Position numbers and translations under genes: made by a program. A DNA stretch of 64,000 nt from an uncultured Elusimicrobia bacterium (GTDB lineage Bacteria > Elusimicrobiota > Elusimicrobia > 2-01-FULL-59-12), in the NCBI GenBank assembly GCA_963702895.1, contig OY969767.1:1280001-1344000 (forward strand). Reading direction: 5' to 3'. Under the pieces are notes generated by a model that ran no database searches, had not been told where the DNA came from, and was given only the letters and a program-made list of their open reading frames with translations. This document shows positions 17,716 to 27,557 of the stretch, in pieces; position 1 is the stretch's first letter; the number at the start of each line of letters is the position of its first letter.

Positions 17716-18996
17716 TCATGAGTCTTTCATCTTGATGAAGATCTCGCGCGACTCGAGGAGCTCACGCGCACGTTCGAGAGCCTCGTCTTTCACGAGCGCA
17801 TCCTTGGCCTTGTCTTTGTCCTTGCCGTTTGCGGAGGCAGCAGGAGCTTTGGGCTTGCCGAAGATTTCTTCGTCCTGGGTCTGGAGTTTGATCTCGATTT
17901 CTCGAGGGACATCAATGACGATGTCAGGCGTAATACCGCCTTTGCCGGTCTTTTCGTCCCGATGGAAGGTGCGACCGGAGGGCGTGTAATACTTGGCCGT
18001 GGTCAGACGCAGACCACTCGTGTCGGCAAGGGGGATCACAGACTGGACGCTCCCCTTGCCAAACGTCTCTGAGCCCAGGATCACAGCCCGATGATAGTCT
18101 TGCAAGCAGCCGGCAAAGATCTCGCTGCCGGAGGCAGAGCCATGGTTCACCAGAATCACCATCGGGATCCCGGAATAGGGGGCCTGATTGTCTGCCTTGA
18201 ATTCCTGTCTGGGCTGTCGTCGACCCTCCGTGTAAACAATCAGCTTATTGCCTCCAATAAAGAGTCGGCTCACATCGACAGCCACATTCAAGAGCCCGCC
18301 GGGGTTATTGCGCAGATCGACGATGAGCGACTTCATACCCTTCTCTTTCAGGGACTTCAGCGCCGTATCAAAATCAACCGCCGATCGTTGTGTAAACTCC
18401 GACAGTCGCACGTAACCGATTTGAGAGGTCAGCATTTTTGATTTGATGCTCTCGATCTTGATCAGTTCACGCGTGAGCGTAAAGTCCTTCAGTTCCTTTT
18501 CCCCGTCATGACCGATGGTCAGGGTGATCTTGGAACCCGGCGTACCACGGAGCTTTTTGACGGCTTGCTCAATCGTAATGTCCTGGGTTGTCTCGCCATT
18601 AATTTTGATAATACGGTCACCCGGCAGAATGCCTTGGCGATAGGCCGGCGTGCCGGGCAGCGGTGTGATCACGGTCAGGATGGAATCACGGATCGCGATG
18701 CGAATACCTAAACCGCCAAATTCCCCTTCCGTTTCAGTCTTCATTTCCTTATGGGCGTCGGGCTCCAGGAATTGTGAGAAGGGATCCAGGTTCCGGACCA
18801 TCCCAGAGGCTGCGCCATAGACCAGCTTCTTGTTTTCGATCGGCTGGACATAGTTGTCCCGGATGAGATTCATCACTTCGACAAGCATTTTCATGTCTTC
18901 GTAAGTTTGATCAGCAGCGGCAAGCCTTTGCGGATTCTGGAGCATCAGAACGACGCCCCCTACAACACTCAAAACAATGCGTAAACGACGATTCAT
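17716..18996 (-). CDS. ctpA: S41 carboxyl-terminal processing protease
   Basis: PDZ domain (FGGLGI), DLRNNPGG, SASGSE and TFGKGSVQ motifs. Confidence 0.95.
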   Translation of the reverse strand: MNRRLRIVLSVVGGVVLMLQNPQRLAAADQTYEDMKMLVEVMNLIRDNYVQPIENKKLVYGAASGMVRNLDPFSQFLEPDAHKEMKTETEGEFGGLGIRIAIRDSILTVITPLPGTPAYRQGILPGDRIIKINGETTQDITIEQAVKKLRGTPGSKITLTIGHDGEKELKDFTLTRELIKIESIKSKMLTSQIGYVRLSEFTQRSAVDFDTALKSLKEKGMKSLIVDLRNNPGGLLNVAVDVSRLFIGGNKLIVYTEGRRQPRQEFKADNQAPYSGIPMVILVNHGSASGSEIFAGCLQDYHRAVILGSETFGKGSVQSVIPLADTSGLRLTTAKYYTPSGRTFHRDEKTGKGGITPDIVIDVPREIEIKLQTQDEEIFGKPKAPAASANGKDKDKAKDALVKDEALERARELLESREIFIKMKDS

Positions 18997-20180
18997 CTGA
19001 ACGTCCTCCTTGAGCTTAATGAAGAAGCGGTAGGTGCTAAATATGCCAGTGGATTGATCGGTTGTTCGTGATGGCGCAACTCGAAGTAAAAGGAACCGTT
19101 GGAGCCTGTCAGGCCGATCGGGTCAAGAACAGTGAGCCGCTGTTCGACCTTCACTTGGGTCTGAGAGAGTCCTGCATAAACCGACGTAAGACCCTTGTTA
19201 TGCTGGACAATCACCATCTGGCCGTATTGACGGAAAGGACTCGCATAGATCACCTTCCCATCTTGGATGACGCGCACGGTACGATTTTGTCCCGTTTCGA
19301 TCTTGATTCCGTTGGACACCACCAGCTGCTTGAGGTCCTCCGAATACTGCCTGCCATAGTTTTGCACCACTTGTCCTTGCGCAGGCCAAGGAAGCGTCCC
19401 CTTCAGAGGGGCGATGAGTTTCTCCTGCATGGGGCTGTTGTCTTGGAGCGCGCGGGCCTGGTTGCGGTGATCGCGCAACTCCTGGACCATGACCTGAAGG
19501 GCCTTCGCGGACTGGTCCATCCGTCCAATTTCATCCTCAAGAGTGGTCTTTCGGCGCAGCGCTTCCTGCCATTTCTGCCAGTGGGCTTCTTGGGCCTCAT
19601 GGAGACGCTCCGCTTCCTGAGCATGTTTCTGTTCATTGGATTGCAGCTGCATCTCTTCGGTGCGGAGCGCGATTTCCTGCTCTTGTGATTGCTGGGCGAG
19701 TTTCTCGGCAGACTGCGACAGTGACGCGAGCCGCTCGAGAAGATACGCTGTGGAATAATCTTCGGCGGTCATTCGGCTTTGGCCGGCGGACAGAAGCTCC
19801 TGCGCGTAAAGGTCCCGCGCAAGCCTCTGGGATTCGGTTTGCGCCGTGCGTGAGACAAGGACGTTTTCCGTGGTCTTGGTTTGGGCAGCGTCCGCTTCGG
19901 TACGGACCATGACGCGTTGATGATGGACCGTTTTCATTCTTCCCCTCGTCAGCTCAAGGGTCGCGCTTGATCCTGCATAGGCGACTTTGGCCTCATCCGC
20001 CTTGTTCTTCCAGCGGACAACTTCGCGCTCTTTTTCTTGCAGGCGCTCGCGCAAAGAACCCAATTGTTTCTCCTGGGCCCGAATCTGCTTTTCGTAGCGT
20101 TGCAAGAGAGTCGTGTAGGCATCCGCATAAACGAGGGATGAGGCAAGGAGGACAAAACCGAGAGATCTCTTAAGGAGCAT
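18993..20180 (-). CDS. envC: EnvC-like murein hydrolase activator (coiled coil plus degenerate M23)
   Basis: Long coiled coil, LPWPAQG, NGIKI, FYFELRH; M23 zinc ligands absent. Confidence 0.85.
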   Translation of the reverse strand: MLLKRSLGFVLLASSLVYADAYTTLLQRYEKQIRAQEKQLGSLRERLQEKEREVVRWKNKADEAKVAYAGSSATLELTRGRMKTVHHQRVMVRTEADAAQTKTTENVLVSRTAQTESQRLARDLYAQELLSAGQSRMTAEDYSTAYLLERLASLSQSAEKLAQQSQEQEIALRTEEMQLQSNEQKHAQEAERLHEAQEAHWQKWQEALRRKTTLEDEIGRMDQSAKALQVMVQELRDHRNQARALQDNSPMQEKLIAPLKGTLPWPAQGQVVQNYGRQYSEDLKQLVVSNGIKIETGQNRTVRVIQDGKVIYASPFRQYGQMVIVQHNKGLTSVYAGLSQTQVKVEQRLTVLDPIGLTGSNGSFYFELRHHEQPINPLAYLAPTASSLSSRRTFR

Positions 20181-20934
20181 CGTTCACCTTCCATCCAAAC
20201 GTCGCAAGCGATGCCATCAGAGCCGCCAGAATCGGCCAGGGCGAGATGAGGGGAGGAGCATAGGGGGCGGCGTCCGCGCCCAAACCCCTCAGAGCGAGCC
20301 CAAAGATCAAAACCGAAAGTCCCCCTCCCAGAAGACCTAAACCAAGCTGCACGAGCAGCTCGCCGCGCCGAGCGCGCGCGGCCCAAAAATGGTAGAGACC
20401 CAAGCCGCACCAAGCGGACATCAAGATCACCAGAACAAGAGACACTCGCGCCAGCCACATCCGCCACTGCCGCACCGATCGAAAGCTTGTTCGCGCTTCG
20501 GGGTCCCATCGAAGCTCCTGGACCTCGGGCGAGGCGCGCAAGGAGATCGCGGGCTCAGGCCGCTCAAGCCACGCGATATCCTTGAAGTGAAGAAGCGCCG
20601 TTGCTGGAAGGGGGTTGTCTCTGAGAAGGAGGAGCGACTTCACGAGAGCCGGATTGCCCTGGGCCCTCTCCAAAGCCTCCTGGCGTGAAATATAGGCGAC
20701 AGATTCCAGGGCTGTGTCCTGCGCGGGGAGTCCACTGACCCAGGTTTTAGCGTCGTCTTCGCTTAGCGCAGGCTGAAAGAAAACGATCACTTTGAGCGAG
20801 GGACGAATGTTGTCCTCCATTTTCTTAAGCGATTCCTGCAGCCCAAGGAAAAAGACGCCCATACCCCCTAATAAAAACGAGAGCATAAGCACATGCGCCG
20901 TTGTGGGCTTAAAAAGCTCTTTACGGATCATCAT
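20170..20934 (-). CDS. ftsX: FtsX-like cell division permease (divergent)
   Basis: TM, extracellular domain (YISRQEALE...NPLPA), further TMs; lies directly upstream of envC. Confidence 0.75.
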   Translation of the reverse strand: MMIRKELFKPTTAHVLMLSFLLGGMGVFFLGLQESLKKMEDNIRPSLKVIVFFQPALSEDDAKTWVSGLPAQDTALESVAYISRQEALERAQGNPALVKSLLLLRDNPLPATALLHFKDIAWLERPEPAISLRASPEVQELRWDPEARTSFRSVRQWRMWLARVSLVLVILMSAWCGLGLYHFWAARARRGELLVQLGLGLLGGGLSVLIFGLALRGLGADAAPYAPPLISPWPILAALMASLATFGWKVNDAP

Positions 20935-20957
20935 ATCTCCGCGGAAAATCAATCTGT

Positions 20958-21956
20958 TTACGTCGCGAGTATATCACTTTTGGAAGCGGATTGATATGTC
21001 TCAGCAGGCGGTAAAGCAGAAAGGATTTGGTCAAGGAGATGGTCTCTGTTCCAATGCTGATCGGTGTTCGTATAGGGCATATTTCGGGCTTGGCAAAGAC
21101 TGGCAACTTTGGATTGTGGGCCCCAGCCGATGAAAGGCACATGGGAGGTGGCGGCAACGACAAGGGCATGGAAACGCGTTCCAATCACGAGGCGATAGGA
21201 GGCGATCCAAGCGAGAAGCTCCGCTGGCTCTCGAACGATCCGAATACGCTCAACAGCCGCACAGTGTGAAGCAATCGAGCGCGCCAGCGTCTCGTCCTCT
21301 TTGGGAAACAGGACAAGGAGGTCCATAGGCGTCTGGGTTCGCTCATGCAGTTGCTGGAGAATGGCCGCTATCTCCACGGCGGACCGAACCGTGGAAGGGG
21401 AGAGCGCACAGGCGATCAAGTTGTTTCGCGAGGACGCGATTGGGTCTGGCTGAAGAAAAAATACGGGATCTTGTGAGATGGCAATTGGGAGTTCGACGCG
21501 ACAGTGCAGGAGTGCCCGACGGGACTCCTCATCACGGACCGAGACGACATCGGCCCAATGGTTGAGCACCCAACGAGTCCAAAAGCGATTAGAGAAGTGC
21601 TGAACGGGATCGACGCCAATGGCTTTGATTTCCGTGCGACACCCCAGGAGTTTGGCCAGGACAACGAGGGACAAATAATAGAGATGATTCCATGGACCGC
21701 TCGACTCCTGAAGGAGTCCCCCTCCCCCCAGCACAAAGCGGTCAGCCTCCAACAAGGCCATGAGCCATTGCCACGGCCGCCAACGATGGACCGCTTCGAC
21801 GCCGAACTGTTGACGTGTCGCGTCCGGTTCGTTCGAAAAGACGATGATTCTTCGACTCGGTTCTTCCTGCCGTAGGCGTCGAATGAGAGACAGGAGAATC
21901 AGTTCATCCCCTGCATTACCGAAGCCGTAATAACCGGCTAATATCGTGGCAGCCAT
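20958..21956 (-). CDS. csaB: Polysaccharide pyruvyl transferase CsaB
   Basis: GYYGFGNAGDE, GGGGLLQE, SVRDEES and GTRFHA motifs. Confidence 0.9.
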   Translation of the reverse strand: MAATILAGYYGFGNAGDELILLSLIRRLRQEEPSRRIIVFSNEPDATRQQFGVEAVHRWRPWQWLMALLEADRFVLGGGGLLQESSGPWNHLYYLSLVVLAKLLGCRTEIKAIGVDPVQHFSNRFWTRWVLNHWADVVSVRDEESRRALLHCRVELPIAISQDPVFFLQPDPIASSRNNLIACALSPSTVRSAVEIAAILQQLHERTQTPMDLLVLFPKEDETLARSIASHCAAVERIRIVREPAELLAWIASYRLVIGTRFHALVVAATSHVPFIGWGPQSKVASLCQARNMPYTNTDQHWNRDHLLDQILSALPPAETYQSASKSDILAT

Positions 21957-23551
21957 CGTCGTAGGAGAAGAAGCGAAGAACCCACAAGTGACCCCAGCAG
22001 AATTCCATTGGCACTGCGGAGATAGGCAAGAGACAGCGGCGAATGGAGATGGCAGAAGGTATTGACCATCGAAATAGGTCCCATCATCCCCAGGCCAATG
22101 AACAGCTTCCCCCAGCGCGCTCGTTGGAAATGAAGGCCTAGCAAAAGCAGCGGGTAACCGATCACGAATTCCTTGAATCGAGGTCGAGCAACCAGAAGTT
22201 GTTCCAGCGTGTTGCGCAGGGTCTGTTCCCCTCCCAAGGTCCAGGAGGCGCCGACATTGCCTGTTCGCATCAAGAAATACCCACCCACCCCTGCCAAGAG
22301 CATCAGCATCAGGGCGTCTGCCCGCCTTAAGGGTTGATGGAGGAAGGTCTGGGCTTCATCTTTTCCCCAGAGCAACGCAAAACATCCGGCCCAACTGATC
22401 AAAAAGGCGGCCTTGACTCCCCGAAACGGCACCACTTGAAGTCTGGTCAGAGGATTGTCCGCCAAAATCGATACGATCGAAGCGCCAGCGAGGCAGAGGA
22501 GCGTGATCGACAAGAAACTGACCCAAGGATTTTTTTGTAGTCCGTAACGTAAGGCGACGATGGGTGTGGCGATGGCAGCCAGAAGCGCCAAGAGCGCAGA
22601 CAGACGCTGTTCAAGAAGACCCGGCACCGACCATGTCCATCGAGCTTTCGGCCAAGCCAATTGAAGTCCTTGGCTCTCAATGAGTTGCCGGACCGAGGCT
22701 AAACGGTCGAGGTAGCTTTCGAAGGAGTCTTCCGGTGAGCTTCGAACAAGCGCAAACCGACAGGTTCTTTCTCGGATCGCCCGCACCCAACGAGCCTTTT
22801 CTTGTCCCCGTGAGAGGTCCTTGTATTCATTGGAGGCGATGCTATGGGCCCTGTAGGTCAGCTGAGGAAGACGGGCCGCCAGCACACGTGAGGCTTTGGA
22901 AGGCTTAAAGTCTGAGAGCAGGTGAAGCGCGCCTTGTTCCCGCAGCAGAGCAACCCATGCCGAGAGCGAACCGGGACCTCCCGGCAGAGTGTCGGAGTTG
23001 ATGAGAACGGCTCGGGCATCACGCTGGGACAGGGGCTCTGCGAGTTCACGAATGAGATTGGCCGACGGAAGCCAGGGATCGTGATCCAAGCGCAGGACGA
23101 CTTCAAGGCCCACGCGACGTGCCTCCTGCAGAAGCTCGGGATCAATTCCGAGCGTCATTTCTTTCAGAGAAGTCCAGGAGCCGTATCCACGAACGAGGCG
23201 AAATGCGCCGCCCAGGGGCTCGACCCTCACCGATGACACGCCGCGTGACTGGAATTGTTTTTGGATCTCCATGGCTGTCGATCGATTGAGGAAGAGCATC
23301 TCGCGGGACAGATAATCATTCACGGTGGCCTCGCCGAGGACGACGGCATGGACGCCGCTCGCGCGAAGGCGACTCAGGACAGGCTTGTCTGCCAGGCCCA
23401 ATCTGGCGGCCAAATCACGGGCGTCTATCCACTCCGCAAGGAGCACCGCACTTCGGTCCGACCGCTCTTGACGAAGACGTTGGACGAGGCGCGATAAGAA
23501 GAGACCCAGCAAGAGGAGCCCAAACATCCACCACACGGACTTTTTGATCAT
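21938..23551 (-). CDS. DUF5693-like membrane protein (csaB-associated)
   Basis: FRGVK, RTGN, RPRFKEFVIGYP and VNTFCHLHSP motifs. Confidence 0.85.
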   Translation of the reverse strand: MIKKSVWWMFGLLLLGLFLSRLVQRLRQERSDRSAVLLAEWIDARDLAARLGLADKPVLSRLRASGVHAVVLGEATVNDYLSREMLFLNRSTAMEIQKQFQSRGVSSVRVEPLGGAFRLVRGYGSWTSLKEMTLGIDPELLQEARRVGLEVVLRLDHDPWLPSANLIRELAEPLSQRDARAVLINSDTLPGGPGSLSAWVALLREQGALHLLSDFKPSKASRVLAARLPQLTYRAHSIASNEYKDLSRGQEKARWVRAIRERTCRFALVRSSPEDSFESYLDRLASVRQLIESQGLQLAWPKARWTWSVPGLLEQRLSALLALLAAIATPIVALRYGLQKNPWVSFLSITLLCLAGASIVSILADNPLTRLQVVPFRGVKAAFLISWAGCFALLWGKDEAQTFLHQPLRRADALMLMLLAGVGGYFLMRTGNVGASWTLGGEQTLRNTLEQLLVARPRFKEFVIGYPLLLLGLHFQRARWGKLFIGLGMMGPISMVNTFCHLHSPLSLAYLRSANGILLGSLVGSSLLLLRRWLPRY

Positions 23552-25038
23552 GATTTTGCCGCGCGGTGGTGGGTCGAGCGTAGCGGCTTTCGTCCTAAGG
23601 CGTGACGGTAGAGCGCGTGATAAGATTCAACGGACTTTTTCCAAGAGAAGTCTTCGAGCATCGCACGGCGCTGAAGGGCAGCCCAGCTGGGGCGATCATG
23701 AAAGAACTCGATCGATGAAAGGATCGCTTGAAGGAGACTCGTCGCGCTCCCCGGTTGCATGAGGAAGCCATTGCCCGCCTCACGGGTTGCGGGTTGCACC
23801 GTGTCGTGCAGTCCCCCGGTATTGGAGACGATGGGAATGGTGCCATAGCGCATACTGATCATTTGACTTAAGCCACAGGGCTCAAAACGCGAAGGCATCA
23901 AAAACAGATCGGCTCCGGCGAAGATGTTATGCGCCAAAGGTTCGTTGAAATCTGTCGCCAAACGAATGTGCCCGGGATAGGTCCGCTGATACAGTTCAAG
24001 GTCCTGCAAGAGCGCCTCATCGCCTTGTCCCAGAATCACCAATTGCACGTTGCGATGTCTCATGATGGCCGGAATGATGTTCGTGACTAAATCCACACCC
24101 TTTTGCCAATCAATGCGCGTTACCATGCCTAAAAGTGGCACCGTCGGATCCACAGCGAGTCGCAGGCTCTCTTGCAAGGCGGCTTTGCAATCACGCTTGC
24201 CTTGCAGAGAATCGAGGTCGTACGCATGAGCCAGGAAGGGATCTTTGGTGGGGTCCCATTCTTCGACGTCGATACCGTTCACGATGCCAAAAAGGTCGCG
24301 GGAACGGCTCCTCAGAAGACCTTCCATGCCCCGGCCGAACTCATAGGTCGTTTGGATTTCCTGCGCGTAGGACGGACTCACGGTGCTGAGCATATCGGCA
24401 TAGACGAGCCCCGCTTTGAGATAGCTGATCTGGTCATAATATTCAAACTTATCCATGGTGAATTCCCGCCAAGTAAAGCCTGTCGAATATATTTTCGTTT
24501 TGGGGAACACGCCCTGGTAAGCGACGTTGTGAAGGGTCAAGACCGTCCGTGTGTGTTGAAAGAAAGAATCATTTTTGAAAATCTCTTTGAGATACATCGG
24601 CACCAGGCCCGTTTGCCAATCGTGGCAATGCACGATGTCCGGGCGGAACTGCATGGCTTTGCAGGCTTCGAGTGCGGCTCGCGAAAAAAAGGCGAAGCGC
24701 TCGGCATTGTCGGTATAGTCCCCCCAGGGACCATAGTAGAGACCGCTACGGCCGAAATAGTGATTGTTGTGGATGAAATAGACGGGGATGCCCTTGTCCG
24801 TCCTGCAAAGCCGGATGTCGCCGGATTCGATCCGTCCATCGCCCATGGGAACATGGACCCATTCGCCAGTCTCTCGGATATTGAACTCCTGCGCGCGGAT
24901 GGACTTGTATTTGGGGAGAATAATCCTGACGTCGTGGCGCTTGTTTTTGAGTTCTTTGGGCAGCGCGCCGACAACATCCGCGAGCCCCCCTGTTTTACAA
25001 AACGGCACGCCTTCGGAAGCAATAAAGAGGATCTTCAT
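23548..25038 (-). CDS. glgA: Glycogen synthase
   Basis: KTGGLADV, HCHDWQ and PSRFEPCGL motifs. Confidence 0.97.
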   Translation of the reverse strand: MKILFIASEGVPFCKTGGLADVVGALPKELKNKRHDVRIILPKYKSIRAQEFNIRETGEWVHVPMGDGRIESGDIRLCRTDKGIPVYFIHNNHYFGRSGLYYGPWGDYTDNAERFAFFSRAALEACKAMQFRPDIVHCHDWQTGLVPMYLKEIFKNDSFFQHTRTVLTLHNVAYQGVFPKTKIYSTGFTWREFTMDKFEYYDQISYLKAGLVYADMLSTVSPSYAQEIQTTYEFGRGMEGLLRSRSRDLFGIVNGIDVEEWDPTKDPFLAHAYDLDSLQGKRDCKAALQESLRLAVDPTVPLLGMVTRIDWQKGVDLVTNIIPAIMRHRNVQLVILGQGDEALLQDLELYQRTYPGHIRLATDFNEPLAHNIFAGADLFLMPSRFEPCGLSQMISMRYGTIPIVSNTGGLHDTVQPATREAGNGFLMQPGSATSLLQAILSSIEFFHDRPSWAALQRRAMLEDFSWKKSVESYHALYRHALGRKPLRSTHHRAAKS

Positions 25039-25204
25039 AACCAGGCGCGGGGCATGAGGGACGAGAGGCCGGAAGAGGAATCGATCCTTCGGGGTGTGAA
25101 GATTTGAGTTCGTTTATGATCCCACATGGCTGGAGCCTCGAATCTTGTCACCCATCCCATCTCTGTTGAGACTCGTCCCTCGTTTGTCGTGAGCGGCGAC
25201 TGAA

Positions 25205-26200
25205 TTAATCGGCTTCGCGGAGGAATCTCGCGGCCTCTTCGGGCGGGGTAGGGTTGATATAAAAACCGGACCCCCATTCAAACCCAGCGACTTTGGTCAG
25301 CTTGGGCATGATCTCCAGGTGCCAGTGATAGTACGCGAGCTTGGGCTCTCGTAAAGGCGAGTTCAAAAGAATGAAGTTGTAAGGCGGATTGTCAAGGACA
25401 TTTCTCATGCGCGCCAGGACATTCTGTAAAAGGTGCGACAGATTGACGACTTCATGCTTTTGCAGGTCCTCAAAGTCGGAGTCATGGACTTTAGGGAGAA
25501 TCCACACCTCAAAAGGGAACCGCGCCGCAAACGGTGCAAAAGCGACGAAGTCGTCGTTTTCGGCGACAATGCGGTTGCCTGTGGACATCTCCTGCTTAAT
25601 CATGTCGCAGAACACGCAGCGCTCCTTGTACTCGTAATAATTTTTGGCGCCATTGACGGACTCACGGACATGCTTGGGGACGACAGGTGTCGCGATCAGC
25701 TGGGAGTGCGGATGGGTCAGAGACGCTCCCGCGGCGGAGCCCTTGTTCTTGAACACCAGGATGTATTCAAAGCGCGGGTCTTTCTTGAGGTCCATGATGC
25801 GATCGCGGTAGGACCAGATCACATCCTGCGCCTTTTTATCATCCAGTTCAGGAAAGTCCCGGGTATGATCCGCGGTCTCGATGACCACTTCATGGGCGCC
25901 AACACCGTTCATTTTATCGTACATGCCTTCCCCCTGACGATTGAGCTGCCCTTCGATCGCCAGCACCGGAAATTTATTCGGGACGACCCTCACCCACCAG
26001 CCTCGGGAGTTCTTTTCACGGCCGGGGTCATGGTAGGCCAGAAGTTCGGACGGGGTCTTGTCCTCATTGCCGGGACAGAAAGGACAGAACTTGCCCACCC
26101 CCGATTCGAGCTCTTGTTCAAAGTCGGAAGGGCGCTTTCCGCGCTCCGTGGAGATGATCACCCAGCGTCCGATGACCGGGTCGCGTCGTAGTTCTGTCAT
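25205..26200 (-). CDS. galT: Galactose-1-phosphate uridylyltransferase family (GalT-like)
   Basis: CPFCPGNE, GASLTHPHSQ and C-terminal AGFEWGSG..IN motifs. Confidence 0.92.
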   Translation of the reverse strand: MTELRRDPVIGRWVIISTERGKRPSDFEQELESGVGKFCPFCPGNEDKTPSELLAYHDPGREKNSRGWWVRVVPNKFPVLAIEGQLNRQGEGMYDKMNGVGAHEVVIETADHTRDFPELDDKKAQDVIWSYRDRIMDLKKDPRFEYILVFKNKGSAAGASLTHPHSQLIATPVVPKHVRESVNGAKNYYEYKERCVFCDMIKQEMSTGNRIVAENDDFVAFAPFAARFPFEVWILPKVHDSDFEDLQKHEVVNLSHLLQNVLARMRNVLDNPPYNFILLNSPLREPKLAYYHWHLEIMPKLTKVAGFEWGSGFYINPTPPEEAARFLREAD

Positions 26201-26790
26201 ATCACTTCACTCCCTTGTTCTACGGGCAGGTCAATTTGCTGCTCCGTGTTGTTTTGAGATTCGACGGGCGGAACGAGTGATTCGATCGACGGCAGGGCGT
26301 CGAGGCTTGTGAGCCCAAAAGCTTTCAGGAAATCCGGGGTCGTGCCATAGAGGAGCGGACGCCCGATGGCTTCTTTGCGGCCCGTGATTCTCACGAGACG
26401 CCTCTCCAACAATGTGTCCAGAACCGCGGAAACCTCAACCCCCCGGATCTCCTCGATCGCGCTGCGGGTGATCGGCTGCTTGTAAGCAATGATGGAGAGC
26501 GTTTCCAAAGCGGAAGAGCTTAAGCGATAGGTGAGTCGGTCCTTAAAGAGCTTGCGGATCCAAGGTCCGAACTCGGGACGCGTGGAAAATTGCCAGCCCC
26601 CCGCGATCGCACGCAGCTCGAGGGAACTGGCCCGCTCTTTGTATTCGTGGGAGATCTCCTGCACCATGGCTTCCATTTCATCAAAAGGAAACTCCTGATC
26701 AAAGAGGTCCACAAAAGCTTGGACCGGCACGGGCTGTTCGGTGATAAACAAAAGCGCCTCTACGATATTTCGCGCGTCGCGTCGTTCCAT
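26197..26790 (-). CDS. scpB: Segregation and condensation protein B
   Basis: LETLSIIAYKQPITR and GRPLLYGTT..FL..FGL motifs. Confidence 0.96.
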   Translation of the reverse strand: MERRDARNIVEALLFITEQPVPVQAFVDLFDQEFPFDEMEAMVQEISHEYKERASSLELRAIAGGWQFSTRPEFGPWIRKLFKDRLTYRLSSSALETLSIIAYKQPITRSAIEEIRGVEVSAVLDTLLERRLVRITGRKEAIGRPLLYGTTPDFLKAFGLTSLDALPSIESLVPPVESQNNTEQQIDLPVEQGSEVI

Positions 26791-27557
26791 TAAGAACCCA
26801 CCTCCTCGCTTGATTTTACATCATCTGACGCGGACGCTTGGTGCGCCAGCCTCACAAGTTGGATGCGGCCATAGGCTTCCGATTGCAGCGCCACAATTTC
26901 CTTCATGCGGATAAGCTCGAGGAGCGCAAGGAAGGTCACGATGAGATCAAGGCGACGCCGGTCGGAGGAGAACAGTTCCTCAAAATCCATGGACTCGCGA
27001 TCCGCGAAGAGTTGCTGGATCTGACGAAGACGCGCTTCCACCGTAATTTCCTCACGCAGGATCTGGCCCACTTCCCTCGGCGCGCGGTCCAGGACACGCT
27101 TGAAGGCCGTCAAAAGATCAAAGGTCGTGGCACGAAGCAGGAAATCATCCTGCTCGAAACGTGGACCGGTCTTGCGGTAATAAATATCCTTCGCGCGCTC
27201 ATTACGAGCGGCCAGAACACCGGCCGCCTCCTTGAAACGCTGGTACTCCAGGAGTTTGTTGACGAGCTCCGCCCTGGGGTCCGGCCCCTCGTCCTCAATC
27301 GTCTCGGGCGCAGGAAGCAGCATCTGCGCCTTAATCTGCATCAGCGTGCTCGCCATCACAAGAAACTCCCCGGCGAGCTCGAGGTTTAGATCTTTCATGA
27401 TGTCCAGGTAAGCCAGGTATTCGTGCGTGATTTGCGCGATCGGAATATCCTTGATCTCCAGATCATTCTTTTTAATGAGGTGAAGGAGCAGATCCAGCGG
27501 CCCCTCGAAGACCTCCAGATTCACATCCATCGGTTGCGGGGCGTTGGGTTCGCTCAT
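26790..27557 (-). CDS. scpA: Segregation and condensation protein A
   Basis: FEGPLDLLLHLI and TFLALLEL motifs. Confidence 0.96.
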   Translation of the reverse strand: MSEPNAPQPMDVNLEVFEGPLDLLLHLIKKNDLEIKDIPIAQITHEYLAYLDIMKDLNLELAGEFLVMASTLMQIKAQMLLPAPETIEDEGPDPRAELVNKLLEYQRFKEAAGVLAARNERAKDIYYRKTGPRFEQDDFLLRATTFDLLTAFKRVLDRAPREVGQILREEITVEARLRQIQQLFADRESMDFEELFSSDRRRLDLIVTFLALLELIRMKEIVALQSEAYGRIQLVRLAHQASASDDVKSSEEVGS

